Source: Thermoplasmata archaeon
Lineage (GTDB): Archaea; Thermoplasmatota; Thermoplasmata; Lutacidiplasmatales; UBA184
DNA: 64,000 nt
Assembly: GCA_052325545.1 (NCBI GenBank)
Contig: JBKQUP010000013.1
Coordinates: forward strand, 7,692-71,691
Reading direction: 5' to 3'
Of the stretch, positions 35,249 to 42,884 are shown one piece after another. Positions within the stretch are counted from its first letter, which is position 1; each line of letters starts with the position of its first letter. The position numbers and the translations under genes were made by a program. The notes beneath the pieces were generated by a model. The model worked only from the letters and a program-made list of their open reading frames with translations. It was not told the origin of the DNA and ran no database searches.

Positions 35249-35760
35249 CGCCTCCGGGACGGGGGCACGTTGGGGCGGGGCGCGGGGGTGGGACGAGCGA
35301 GAAACGGACAGTTGCAGAACCCCTCGACCCGACCGCACGTCGGACACGTCACTCGGTTGGTCACCATTCCGAGCGGACGACCGCAGTTCCGGCAGTCGCG
35401 AGCCCGGGCGCATCGGGGACACTGGGCCAGGTCGGACGTGATCACCGTTCGACAGTACCGACAGTCCGCGGGCTCGTGCGGGTTGAAGAGCCGACGGGCT
35501 CGCGGTTCGACCGGAGGGCCGCGGGCCGGCCGCTCGAGCTCGGCATACGGGTTGCCGAACGCTCCTCCGACGGTCGTGCGGCTCGGGTCCTGGGCGAGAG
35601 CCCCGAGCATCACGACCACGAGGCCGACCGGGGCGACGAGGAACCCGAGCTCCTGCTCGATGTCGAGCTGCTCGGCGCCCGTGAACGCGATCGGGTAGGC
35701 GACGAGGGCGAAGCCGAGGCCGATGAGGACGACCCCGATGTAAACGATCGACCGGTTCAT
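35245..35760 (-). CDS. Membrane-anchored protein with a double zinc ribbon
   Basis: Two N-terminal TM helices are present ([38 protein letters not shown]). The C-terminus is CRYC-x10-CPRC-x5-CRNC-x12-CPTC-x6-CNC. Confidence 0.6.
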   Translation of the reverse strand: MNRSIVYIGVVLIGLGFALVAYPIAFTGAEQLDIEQELGFLVAPVGLVVVMLGALAQDPSRTTVGGAFGNPYAELERPARGPPVEPRARRLFNPHEPADCRYCRTVITSDLAQCPRCARARDCRNCGRPLGMVTNRVTCPTCGRVEGFCNCPFLARPTPAPRPNVPPSRRR

Positions 35761-35869
35761 CCGACCCGCCGGTGGGCCCCTCCGTCCCCGGAGTCGAGGA
35801 CGGCCGACGTTCCACTTAAACCGGACGGCCGGACGTCTCGCTTTTCATCTCGAGGGTGGTCCCGCGGCC

Positions 35870-36340
35870 ATGGCACCAGCGACGGCCACTCTTCGCACGA
35901 CCCTCGGAGACATCCGTATCGACCTCTTCCCCGACCGCGCCCCGAAGACCGTGGCGAACTTCGTCTCGCTCGTGCGGAAAGGGTTCTACAACGGGCTCGC
36001 CTTCCACCGCGTCATCCCCGGGTTCATGGTCCAGGGAGGGTGCCCGAAGGGCGACGGGACGGGCGGCCCGGGGTACACGATCCCCGACGAGTTCCAATCG
36101 ACGCTGCGCCACGACGGCCCGGGGGTCCTCTCGATGGCGAACGCAGGCCCCAATACCGGCGGAAGCCAGTTCTTCATCACGCTCGCGCCGACGCCCTGGC
36201 TCGACCAGAAGCATGCCGTGTTCGGCAAGGTCCATTCCGGTCAGGACGTGGTGGAGAAGATCGCGGCGGTCCCGCGGGATGCTCACGACCGGCCCCGGAC
36301 CCCCGTCCGGATCGTCGAAGCGACGGTCGCGGGGGTATAG
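35870..36340 (+). CDS. Peptidyl-prolyl cis-trans isomerase, cyclophilin type
   Basis: [61 protein letters not shown] is canonical cyclophilin sequence. Confidence 0.9.
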   Translation: MAPATATLRTTLGDIRIDLFPDRAPKTVANFVSLVRKGFYNGLAFHRVIPGFMVQGGCPKGDGTGGPGYTIPDEFQSTLRHDGPGVLSMANAGPNTGGSQFFITLAPTPWLDQKHAVFGKVHSGQDVVEKIAAVPRDAHDRPRTPVRIVEATVAGV

Positions 36341-36356
36341 TACCGACCCGACCCGG

Positions 36357-36857
36357 TCACGCCGGGTAGTCGAACGGCAACCGTTCCTTGGGCGCCCGGG
36401 CGTCCTCGACGGTGGTGAGGAGCCCCGCGACCAGCCCGATCGCCGGCACGAGCATCACGAGCTCGAGGAACATCGAGTACCCCCCCGCGATCGACGCCGA
36501 CCCTCCAGGGACGACGAACCGGTAGGGCGAGAGCGTGACCAGATAGAGCAGGTAGAGGAGGCTCACGAGAGACGCGGCGACCGACAGCGGGCCGTAGGCT
36601 CGGGTCGGTTTCAGGATCGACCGAGCGGTGCCGACCCCGAGCAAGAGGAACCCCCATACGATCACCGCGACGATCGAGATCGGGAGGGCGATCCCGCGCG
36701 AGTTGACGAAGGTGAGCGCGGCGACCGGGAGGGCGACCAGCAAGAAGAACGACGGGATGAGAAGCAGGGCGGCGACGAGGATGCGGTAGCCGAGCGACGG
36801 GATCTGGTACCCGCCGGTCTCCTGCATCGGAACGAAGGCCCGAGGCGGACCGCTCAC
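36357..36857 (-). CDS. Integral membrane protein (4-5 TM helices)
   Basis: The protein is hydrophobic throughout. Its GTG start at 36857 overlaps the stop of the upstream gene as GTGA. Confidence 0.5.
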   Translation of the reverse strand: MSGPPRAFVPMQETGGYQIPSLGYRILVAALLLIPSFFLLVALPVAALTFVNSRGIALPISIVAVIVWGFLLLGVGTARSILKPTRAYGPLSVAASLVSLLYLLYLVTLSPYRFVVPGGSASIAGGYSMFLELVMLVPAIGLVAGLLTTVEDARAPKERLPFDYPA

Positions 36858-37678
36858 GGGATCGCCTCCGGAGGGAGGGGGGTCGTGCCGCCGGCGTTCG
36901 AGTAGGTGGTGAGCAGCTGGCCTCCGGCTGGGGAGCAGCCCGAGCTCAGGGCCACGTTCTGGGTTTGGTCATAGAACCCGCCCGGGGGGACGTTGAGTGA
37001 GAACCCGCCGCCCCCGCAGTCGACGTAGTTCGACGACTCGATGACGAACGTGAGCGTCCCCACGTCGGGGGAACCCGCGTGGTTCGAGAACGTCACCGTG
37101 ACAGGAACGGTCAGGGTCCCGCCCGCGCCCGAGGGGGTTCCGACGGTCGCCTGGAAGCCCTCGAAGGGGGCGCCCCAGGAGCGGCTCTCCGAGAGCGATA
37201 CGGAGATGGGGAACAGGTAGGCGTACGTCGCGTTCCCCCAGGCGTTCACGTCGAGGTACTGGTCCTCGGTGAGCAGGGACGCCGCCGGGCCGGAGGCCGA
37301 GACCGGCAGGTAGAGCGCGAAGGGAAAGACCCCGGTCGAGGAGGGGGCGATGTCGGTCGGTCCCACGCCGAGCTTCCCGAGGAAGACGCCCGCGCCGTTC
37401 GCGATGCGAGCGGTCAGCGTGACCGCCTGGATCGGATAGAGCCCGGGGTTCGACAGCGTGAACGACCCGCCGACCTCGACCGTTCCGTTCGCCGCGAACG
37501 ACGCCGACAGCGAGCGGGACTGGACGCTCGAGCGCGCGACCTCGGTCGCCGAATACGCGACCGTCCCCGCGTAGAGGATGAGCACGACCAGGACGATCGC
37601 GCTCACCCAACGGAGCGCTCGCGCGGCACGATAGATCGCCGGAGGTCGCCGATGCGTGGGGACGACCAACGCGGCCAT
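36854..37678 (-). CDS. N-terminally anchored extracytoplasmic protein, tentatively with two LEA_2/WHy-like beta-sandwich domains
   Basis: The TM helix is WVSAIVLVVLILYAGTVAY. It is followed by ANGTVEVGGSFTLSNPGLYPIQAVTLTARI.. and a second similar unit, TVPVTVTFSNHAGSPDVGTLTFVIE. The domain call is by pattern only. Confidence 0.5.
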   Translation of the reverse strand: MAALVVPTHRRPPAIYRAARALRWVSAIVLVVLILYAGTVAYSATEVARSSVQSRSLSASFAANGTVEVGGSFTLSNPGLYPIQAVTLTARIANGAGVFLGKLGVGPTDIAPSSTGVFPFALYLPVSASGPAASLLTEDQYLDVNAWGNATYAYLFPISVSLSESRSWGAPFEGFQATVGTPSGAGGTLTVPVTVTFSNHAGSPDVGTLTFVIESSNYVDCGGGGFSLNVPPGGFYDQTQNVALSSGCSPAGGQLLTTYSNAGGTTPLPPEAIP

Positions 37679-37823
37679 TCACGAATTCCCCCTTTTGGAA
37701 CGCGTGGCCCTCCCTTGAAAACCTATCGAACCCCCCGAAAGCGCACCCCGGGCACGGTTCCGAGCCCGAGGTCACAAAGTACTTGTCCGAGAGGACGCGG
37801 TCGGACCGGAACGAGGAGGTCCC

Positions 37824-38102
37824 ATGGCGCGGATCCGGCTCTGGGTGAAGGCCGGCAGCGCGACGAACGCGCTCGCCTGGGACATGTGGCGGAACTGTTG
37901 GGTGGTCTCCTGTCGCGCCCCGCCGACGGAGGGTGAGGCCAATCGGGCGGTGGCGGAGTTGATGGCGGACTGGTTGGCCCTGCCCCGCTCGTCGGTCGCC
38001 TGGGTCCGGGCGGGGTCGTCCCGGTCCAAGCTCCTGTCCGTCGAAGGAATCTCCGACGCGGAAGCGGATCGTCGGCTTCGCTCCGGCTCCCGGATCACGT
38101 GA
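37824..38102 (+). CDS. DUF167 (YggU-like, UPF0235) protein
   Basis: IRLWVKAGS..VVSCRAPPTEGEANRAVAELMADWLALPRSSVAWVRAGSSRSKLLSVEG matches the YggU pattern. A GGAGG sequence lies 6-8 nt upstream of the ATG. Confidence 0.75.
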   Translation: MARIRLWVKAGSATNALAWDMWRNCWVVSCRAPPTEGEANRAVAELMADWLALPRSSVAWVRAGSSRSKLLSVEGISDAEADRRLRSGSRIT

Positions 38103-38225
38103 AATCCCCGCCGGTTCCGGACCGGGTCCGACGCGCGGCGCGCCCGGGAATCTCACGGGGCGCGGGACGGCCGCGCCCTCGAGAAAAGAAGAGAAAGGGT
38201 TGGCTCCCGCCCTGCGGGTCTTCCT

Positions 38226-40577
38226 CTACTGAGGCTCCGAAGGAGGAGGAGGAGGGGGAGGCGGGGGGAGGTCGTCCGTCCGCGGTTCGACCGGCTTCCA
38301 TTCCACCGCCGGCAGGCTCTTGGTCTTGGGGGCCCGGCCCCGGCGGACCACGAGGAAGAGGACCACCGCGATCACGATGATGGCGATCAGCAGGATCAGC
38401 CAGCCGACGGTGACGCCCGACCCCGCGCCCAGCTCTAGGTTCATCACGGACGGGTTCGGATTCACCACGAAGGAGACCTGCCCCATGTTCTCGCAGTAGT
38501 TCTGGCAGGGGGTCGTCGGGGAGATCGACACCCACAACGACTGCGTTCCCGCGACCGAGCCCGAGGGGATCACATACGAGAACGAGCCCGACGTGGCGTT
38601 GGTCAGTACCATGGCTACGGGCGCCGAGGTCTCATCCTCGAAGAAGGTCGGTTCCGTGGTCCACAGGGCGACCCAGTAGGAGAGCGCCCCCAGCCCCGGT
38701 CCGTAGGTCGACTCGCTCCACGTGACCGTGAGGCCCTGGCCAGGTTGGAAGCTCCCGTCCGAGTAACTGGACACGGTCGAGATCCCCACCGACACCGAGA
38801 TCCCGGCGGCCTCGTCCAGGGTCTGGTCCGAGGACGCGAAGACCCCCAACGTGGAGGTCTGGGCGGACACCTCAACGGTGATGTAGGGCGGGGCCGCCGT
38901 GCTCGGGAGCTTGAGCGAGAACGTGTCGTTCGCCACGACCCCCGAAGAGAGGACCGCGCCCGAAGAGGACCGGATCGTCTCGTAGATCGTAGCTGCCGCG
39001 AAGAGCGACCCGTAGGTCTCGACGACGAACCGAACGGTGTCCCCGGGATTGTACGCGACCTCGCTCGGGCTGACGACGAGTTGTGCCGGGACCACCTGGG
39101 TGACCGCCGTGGACTCAATGATGTCGCTCTGGTTGTGCGCAGCGACCGCGAGGTAGAGCGTCCCCGAGTAGTTCAGCGGGGCGGTGAAGTTGATGGTGCC
39201 CGACACGCCGGACAGCTCGCCGGTGATGAGGATGTTGTAGCTGTTGGAGTAGTACGTCGACAGCTGGTAGCCGAGGGCGCTCCAGCCGCTCGTGGTCCCT
39301 CCGTTGGCGGGCAACACCTGCCACGTCGCCGTTCCCGAATCGCCACCGATGTACAGAGCGGCGCCGAACGAGGCGACGACCGTGGCCCCGGCCGTTCCGT
39401 TGCCGATGAGGAGGAAGTCGTACGTCTGGTTGTAGTATACCGGGGCCGACCCTGCGACGGACGGCACGGAGGTCGTGGAGACGTTGACCTGGTCGACCGC
39501 CGAGGTCGAGAACACCGACGGCGACGCCACGAAGAGGATCGTCGCGGTGCCGTCGAGGCCCGTGGTCAACGCCGCGGGGGGGTTGCCCGGGATCGACCCG
39601 TTCGCCACCCGGTTCGGGCCGCTCCAGAACGAGAAGGTGACGCCGACCCCCGGCGCGTTCACGGCTCCGTAACTGTACGTTACCATCCTAGTCGTGACGG
39701 TCAGTTGGACCAGGGAGTTCGCCGCGATGTCATTGTCGACACCGTTGTACTGGACCGAGATCCTCGTGTCGAGGAAGTTGCCGATGTCGGAGTAGGTGCT
39801 CGATTCCACCGAGTAGGTGTTGGGGCTCGTAACGTTCGCCCAGCCCTCAAAGGAGATCTGCCCATAGTGGCTGGCATTGACCGGGAGAAGGAAGGAGGCG
39901 GTCCCGCTCGCCACGCCCGCGCCGAACGAGGACGCGCTCAACGGGAGCGGCGCCGCGGCCGCGGTCGTGCCGTCGTAGTACGTCGCGGTCAGCTGGACCG
40001 AGGAGATCACGGAGTACGCCGCGGCGCTCGGGATCCCCGTCACCAAGAACTCGACCGTTCCCGAGTGACCCGCCAGCACGGCCGTCGGGGAGCTCACGAG
40101 GGTGAGGGTGTACGTCTGAACGGAGAACTCCGCGCTGGCGAAGCCGCCCAGCGCGCCCGATGCCGTCACGTTCCAGAAGCCGCCGTAGGTGAGGTTCGTG
40201 GGCAGGGTGTACTCGAGGCCGGTCTGCGTGGACACGTAGGTCCCGCTCGAGACATCGACTGTCCACGTCGCCACGGGGTTCGGGAGCCCGTCGCGCGCGG
40301 CGTTCGTATCATAGATGTGGACCGTGACATTCGAGTCCAGCGCCGGGTCATCGATCGAGAAGTAGACCCGACCGGTGGTTTGCCCGGGGAAGAACACGGT
40401 CGCGGCGATGCCATTCTGGTCGAGCGCGGTGACGCCGATCGGAGCGGCCGCCGGAGCGACCGTCGGCCCGATGGAGGTCCGAGGACCCGCGGCCGGGGGG
40501 GCTCCCGAGACCACCGCGAGAGCCGAAACGACGATCAACAACGCGGCTACGCCCACCACGATCGCCCGAAGCGCCAT
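38226..40577 (-). CDS. Large surface (S-layer/adhesin-like) protein with signal peptide, beta-rich repeats, C-terminal TM helix and a polyproline tail
   Basis: The start at ATG 40577 gives MALRAIVVGVAALLIVVSALAVVSG. A start at 40745 would overlap the tRNA-Thr gene. About 700 aa of T/S/V/G/A-rich sequence with many N-x-S/T sequons follow. The TM helix is VGWLILLIAIIVIAVVLFLVV, then RRGRAPK....DDLPPPPPPPPPSEPQ. A TATA-like box lies 27 nt upstream. Confidence 0.8.
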   Translation of the reverse strand: MALRAIVVGVAALLIVVSALAVVSGAPPAAGPRTSIGPTVAPAAAPIGVTALDQNGIAATVFFPGQTTGRVYFSIDDPALDSNVTVHIYDTNAARDGLPNPVATWTVDVSSGTYVSTQTGLEYTLPTNLTYGGFWNVTASGALGGFASAEFSVQTYTLTLVSSPTAVLAGHSGTVEFLVTGIPSAAAYSVISSVQLTATYYDGTTAAAAPLPLSASSFGAGVASGTASFLLPVNASHYGQISFEGWANVTSPNTYSVESSTYSDIGNFLDTRISVQYNGVDNDIAANSLVQLTVTTRMVTYSYGAVNAPGVGVTFSFWSGPNRVANGSIPGNPPAALTTGLDGTATILFVASPSVFSTSAVDQVNVSTTSVPSVAGSAPVYYNQTYDFLLIGNGTAGATVVASFGAALYIGGDSGTATWQVLPANGGTTSGWSALGYQLSTYYSNSYNILITGELSGVSGTINFTAPLNYSGTLYLAVAAHNQSDIIESTAVTQVVPAQLVVSPSEVAYNPGDTVRFVVETYGSLFAAATIYETIRSSSGAVLSSGVVANDTFSLKLPSTAAPPYITVEVSAQTSTLGVFASSDQTLDEAAGISVSVGISTVSSYSDGSFQPGQGLTVTWSESTYGPGLGALSYWVALWTTEPTFFEDETSAPVAMVLTNATSGSFSYVIPSGSVAGTQSLWVSISPTTPCQNYCENMGQVSFVVNPNPSVMNLELGAGSGVTVGWLILLIAIIVIAVVLFLVVRRGRAPKTKSLPAVEWKPVEPRTDDLPPPPPPPPPSEPQ

Positions 40578-40601
40578 CGTTGTCAATCTTCGCGGGCAAG
40601 G

Positions 40602-40606
40602 TATAT
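40602..40606 (-). promoter_or_regulatory. TATA-like box for the 38226..40577 surface protein gene
   Basis: The minus strand reads GTTCATATACC. The box centre lies about 27 nt upstream of the ATG at 40577. Confidence 0.45.
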
Positions 40607-40739
40607 GAACCGCACCTAGGACCCGACCGGGCCGAGCGACGGTGTAGCAGGCTCGTTCCAGGGAGGGCGGCTCAGTCCTTGCTTTGGCAGAACGCCCCTT
40701 CTGGAGAGAAGGCGCGAAGGGGGCGGACGCCTCGGGAAG

Positions 40740-40813
40740 AGCCACTGGAGGGACTTGAACCCCCGACCTGCTGATTACGAATCAGCCGCTCTGCCAAACT
40801 GAGCTACAGTGGC
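40740..40813 (-). tRNA. tRNA-Thr (anticodon CGU)
   Basis: The minus strand folds as a cloverleaf: GCCACTG TA GCTC AGTTTGGCA GAGC G GCTGA TTCGTAA TCAGC AGGTC GGGGG TTCAAGT CCCTC CAGTGGC T. The length is 74 nt, there is no encoded CCA, and the discriminator is U. Confidence 0.9.
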
Positions 40814-40840
40814 GCGGACGTACGGTCGATGGGAATCGCC

Positions 40841-40846
40841 CTATAA
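40841..40846 (-). promoter_or_regulatory. TATA-like box for tRNA-Thr
   Basis: The minus strand reads CATTATAGGG. The box centre lies about 31 nt upstream of the tRNA 5' end at 40813. Confidence 0.5.
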
Positions 40847-40862
40847 TGGTGGCGGCGCACCC

Positions 40863-42092
40863 TCAGCGGAGCGAGTCGAGCGCCTCGGTCAGGTCGCGGA
40901 CGAGGTCCTCGGGGTCCTCGATGCCGAACGAGAACCGGATGAGCCCGTCGTCGATCCCCCGACGCGCTCGTTCCTCGGGAGAGAGATGTCGGTGCGAGGT
41001 GAGCCCCGGAACGCTCGCGAGGCTATCGACCCCTCCCAGGCTGGACGCCACGTGGACGAACCGAAGGCGTCGTAGGAACCGTTCGGCGACCTCGGCGCCT
41101 CCGTTCAAGGAGACCGTGACCATGCCGCCCCGCCCGCGCATCTGGCGCGACGCGATCGTCTCCTCTTCGGCGCTCCCACGGCCGGGGTAGTGGACGCGTC
41201 GGACGAGGGGATGGCCCGCCAGCGCTTCCGCGACCTTGCGACCGTTCTCGTTATGGCGCGCGACCCGCAGCGCGAGCGTCTTCAGGCTCCGTCCCAGGAG
41301 GTAGGCGGCGAACGGGTCGAGCGTGGACCCGAGGTCCCCCTTCGCGTCGATCCGGGAAAGTAGGTCCGTCGGGCCGACGACCCCGCCCGCGACCAGGTCG
41401 CTGTGGCCCGCGAGATACTTCGTGGCGCTGTGGAAGACCAGGTCCGCGCCGAGCGCCAGCGGGTTCTGGTTGATGGGGGTCGCGAACGTGTTATCGACGG
41501 CCAGGATCGCTCCGACGGAGTCGGCGGCCTTTCCCCAGCGGGCGATGTCGTGGACCGTGAGCAGAGGGTTCGTAGGGCTCTCGATGACGGCGAGCCGGGT
41601 CCGGGCCGTGAGGAGCGCCTCCGGCTCCCGGGCCTCCGGTTCGCTCACGAACCGGACGGAGACACCGAACCGGGGAAGGAGGTCGGCGAGGACGCTCAGG
41701 GTCCCGCCGTAGAGCACGTCGAGCGCGACCACCTCATCCCCGGCCTGGAGGAGCGAGAGCACCAGGCTCGTGAACGCCCCCATCCCCGACCCGAAGAGCC
41801 GGGCCGCCTCGCCGCCCTCGAGCTGGCGGAGGAGCTCGGTCGGGACCTCGACCGTCGGGTTCGCGAGCCGGCTGTACAGGTACAGCCCGCCCCGGTCGGC
41901 CGCTTCGGAGAACCCCGATGGGAAGTGGTAGGTGGTCGATTGGTAGATCGGCGGGACGACCGCGCCCGCGTTGTACTCGGGGCGACGAGCGCCGTGGACG
42001 AGACGGGTCGACGGCCCGACCCACTCGGGGACGGGGTCGAAGCGGGGACGCGGGCGAGCGCCGGGATCCTGGGAGTCTGACGGTTCGCTCAC
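40863..42092 (-). CDS. Cys/Met-metabolism PLP-dependent enzyme (cystathionine gamma-synthase/lyase or O-acylhomoserine sulfhydrylase-like)
   Basis: PPIYQSTTY, YSRLANPT, ESPTNPLL, the PLP lysine context VFHSATKYLAGHSDLVAGGVVG, and the C-terminal LGGVDSL are all present. The GTG start at 42092 overlaps the upstream stop as GTGA. The N-terminal part of track ORF 40863..42377 is out-of-frame overlap with the NMNAT gene. Confidence 0.85.
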   Translation of the reverse strand: MSEPSDSQDPGARPRPRFDPVPEWVGPSTRLVHGARRPEYNAGAVVPPIYQSTTYHFPSGFSEAADRGGLYLYSRLANPTVEVPTELLRQLEGGEAARLFGSGMGAFTSLVLSLLQAGDEVVALDVLYGGTLSVLADLLPRFGVSVRFVSEPEAREPEALLTARTRLAVIESPTNPLLTVHDIARWGKAADSVGAILAVDNTFATPINQNPLALGADLVFHSATKYLAGHSDLVAGGVVGPTDLLSRIDAKGDLGSTLDPFAAYLLGRSLKTLALRVARHNENGRKVAEALAGHPLVRRVHYPGRGSAEEETIASRQMRGRGGMVTVSLNGGAEVAERFLRRLRFVHVASSLGGVDSLASVPGLTSHRHLSPEERARRGIDDGLIRFSFGIEDPEDLVRDLTEALDSLR

Positions 42093-42625
42093 GAGAGGCC
42101 CCGGCCGATCCGGCTCGCCGTCTGCTTGAGGACGTGGAGACGCGCCGGCGCCCCGATCTCGTCGAGGTACGCGGCCACCGCCGGGGGCACGGCGTCCTTC
42201 CAACCGCTGCCCTCCGCCAGCTGCTCGCGGATCCGGGCCCCCTCGAAGCGCTCGCGGTCGAAGAGGGGCGGGCTCTCGACCAGGTAGCCGGCCCGCTCGA
42301 AGAGGAGGCGGGTGAGCGGGTTGTTCGTGTAGACCCGGTCGAACGTCGGCAAAAGGGCCTCGAGGTAGTTCACCCAAAGGGCGTGACGGGAGATGTCCAT
42401 GATCGGGACGAGGAGGGTGCCGTCGACCTTCGCCTCGGCGAGGGCGAGGCCGATCATCTCGAGCCGTTCGCCCGCGGTGAACGGGTTCTCCCAGGTATAG
42501 GACTCTTCCGCGCTGCCGACCCCGATCAGGACCGGCGCGGTCGGGCGGTCGGCTCGGACCCTGCGGACGACCTCGAGGTGGCCTCGGTGGAACGGTTGGA
42601 ATCGGCCGATGAGAAGAGCGCGCAC
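42089..42625 (-). CDS. Nicotinamide-nucleotide adenylyltransferase, archaeal type
   Basis: MRALLIGRFQPFHRGHLEVV (GRFQPxHxGH motif), ENPFTAGER and ISRHALW are typical of archaeal NMNAT. Confidence 0.9.
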   Translation of the reverse strand: MRALLIGRFQPFHRGHLEVVRRVRADRPTAPVLIGVGSAEESYTWENPFTAGERLEMIGLALAEAKVDGTLLVPIMDISRHALWVNYLEALLPTFDRVYTNNPLTRLLFERAGYLVESPPLFDRERFEGARIREQLAEGSGWKDAVPPAVAAYLDEIGAPARLHVLKQTASRIGRGLS

Positions 42626-42638
42626 GGGTCCGCCGATA

Positions 42639-42884
42639 TCACTCGGGGGTCAAATCCTCCACGTCGTCGAGGAACTCGTCGATGTGCGGGCACCGGGCGG
42701 TCAGGTAGTGGCGGCAGTGCGCACAGTGGCGGTCGTTCCAGGCGCTGGTGAGGTCGTCGTTGAACTCGTAGCACGGGCGGTTGACGAACCGGTCCTCATC
42801 CTCGTCCTCCTCGGGGACCGAGGAGGCCGGGAACGGCCGAGAGACCACCGGCCCGTGCGCCGGGACGCGGAACGTTCCTCTCAC
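42639..42884 (-). CDS. Small acidic Cys/His-containing protein (81 aa), uncharacterised
   Basis: ..[57 protein letters not shown] has the pattern C-x16-C-x2-C-x8-C-x-H. Its GTG start at 42884 overlaps the Lon stop as GTGA. Confidence 0.5.
   Translation of the reverse strand: MRGTFRVPAHGPVVSRPFPASSVPEEDEDEDRFVNRPCYEFNDDLTSAWNDRHCAHCRHYLTARCPHIDEFLDDVEDLTPE

Noticed and set aside
34697-35815. A single 372-aa ORF containing the RNase H domain
   Set aside because: Its N-terminal two-thirds are Arg/Pro-rich. They overlap, out of frame, a much more protein-like ORF (35245..35760, with TM helices and zinc ribbons). RNase HI starts at the GTG that overlaps that gene's stop.
38226-40745. A start at 40745 for the second surface protein
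   Set aside because: That start would make the CDS overlap the tRNA-Thr gene (40740..40813). The internal ATG at 40577 gives a proper signal peptide and has a TATA-like box 27 nt upstream.
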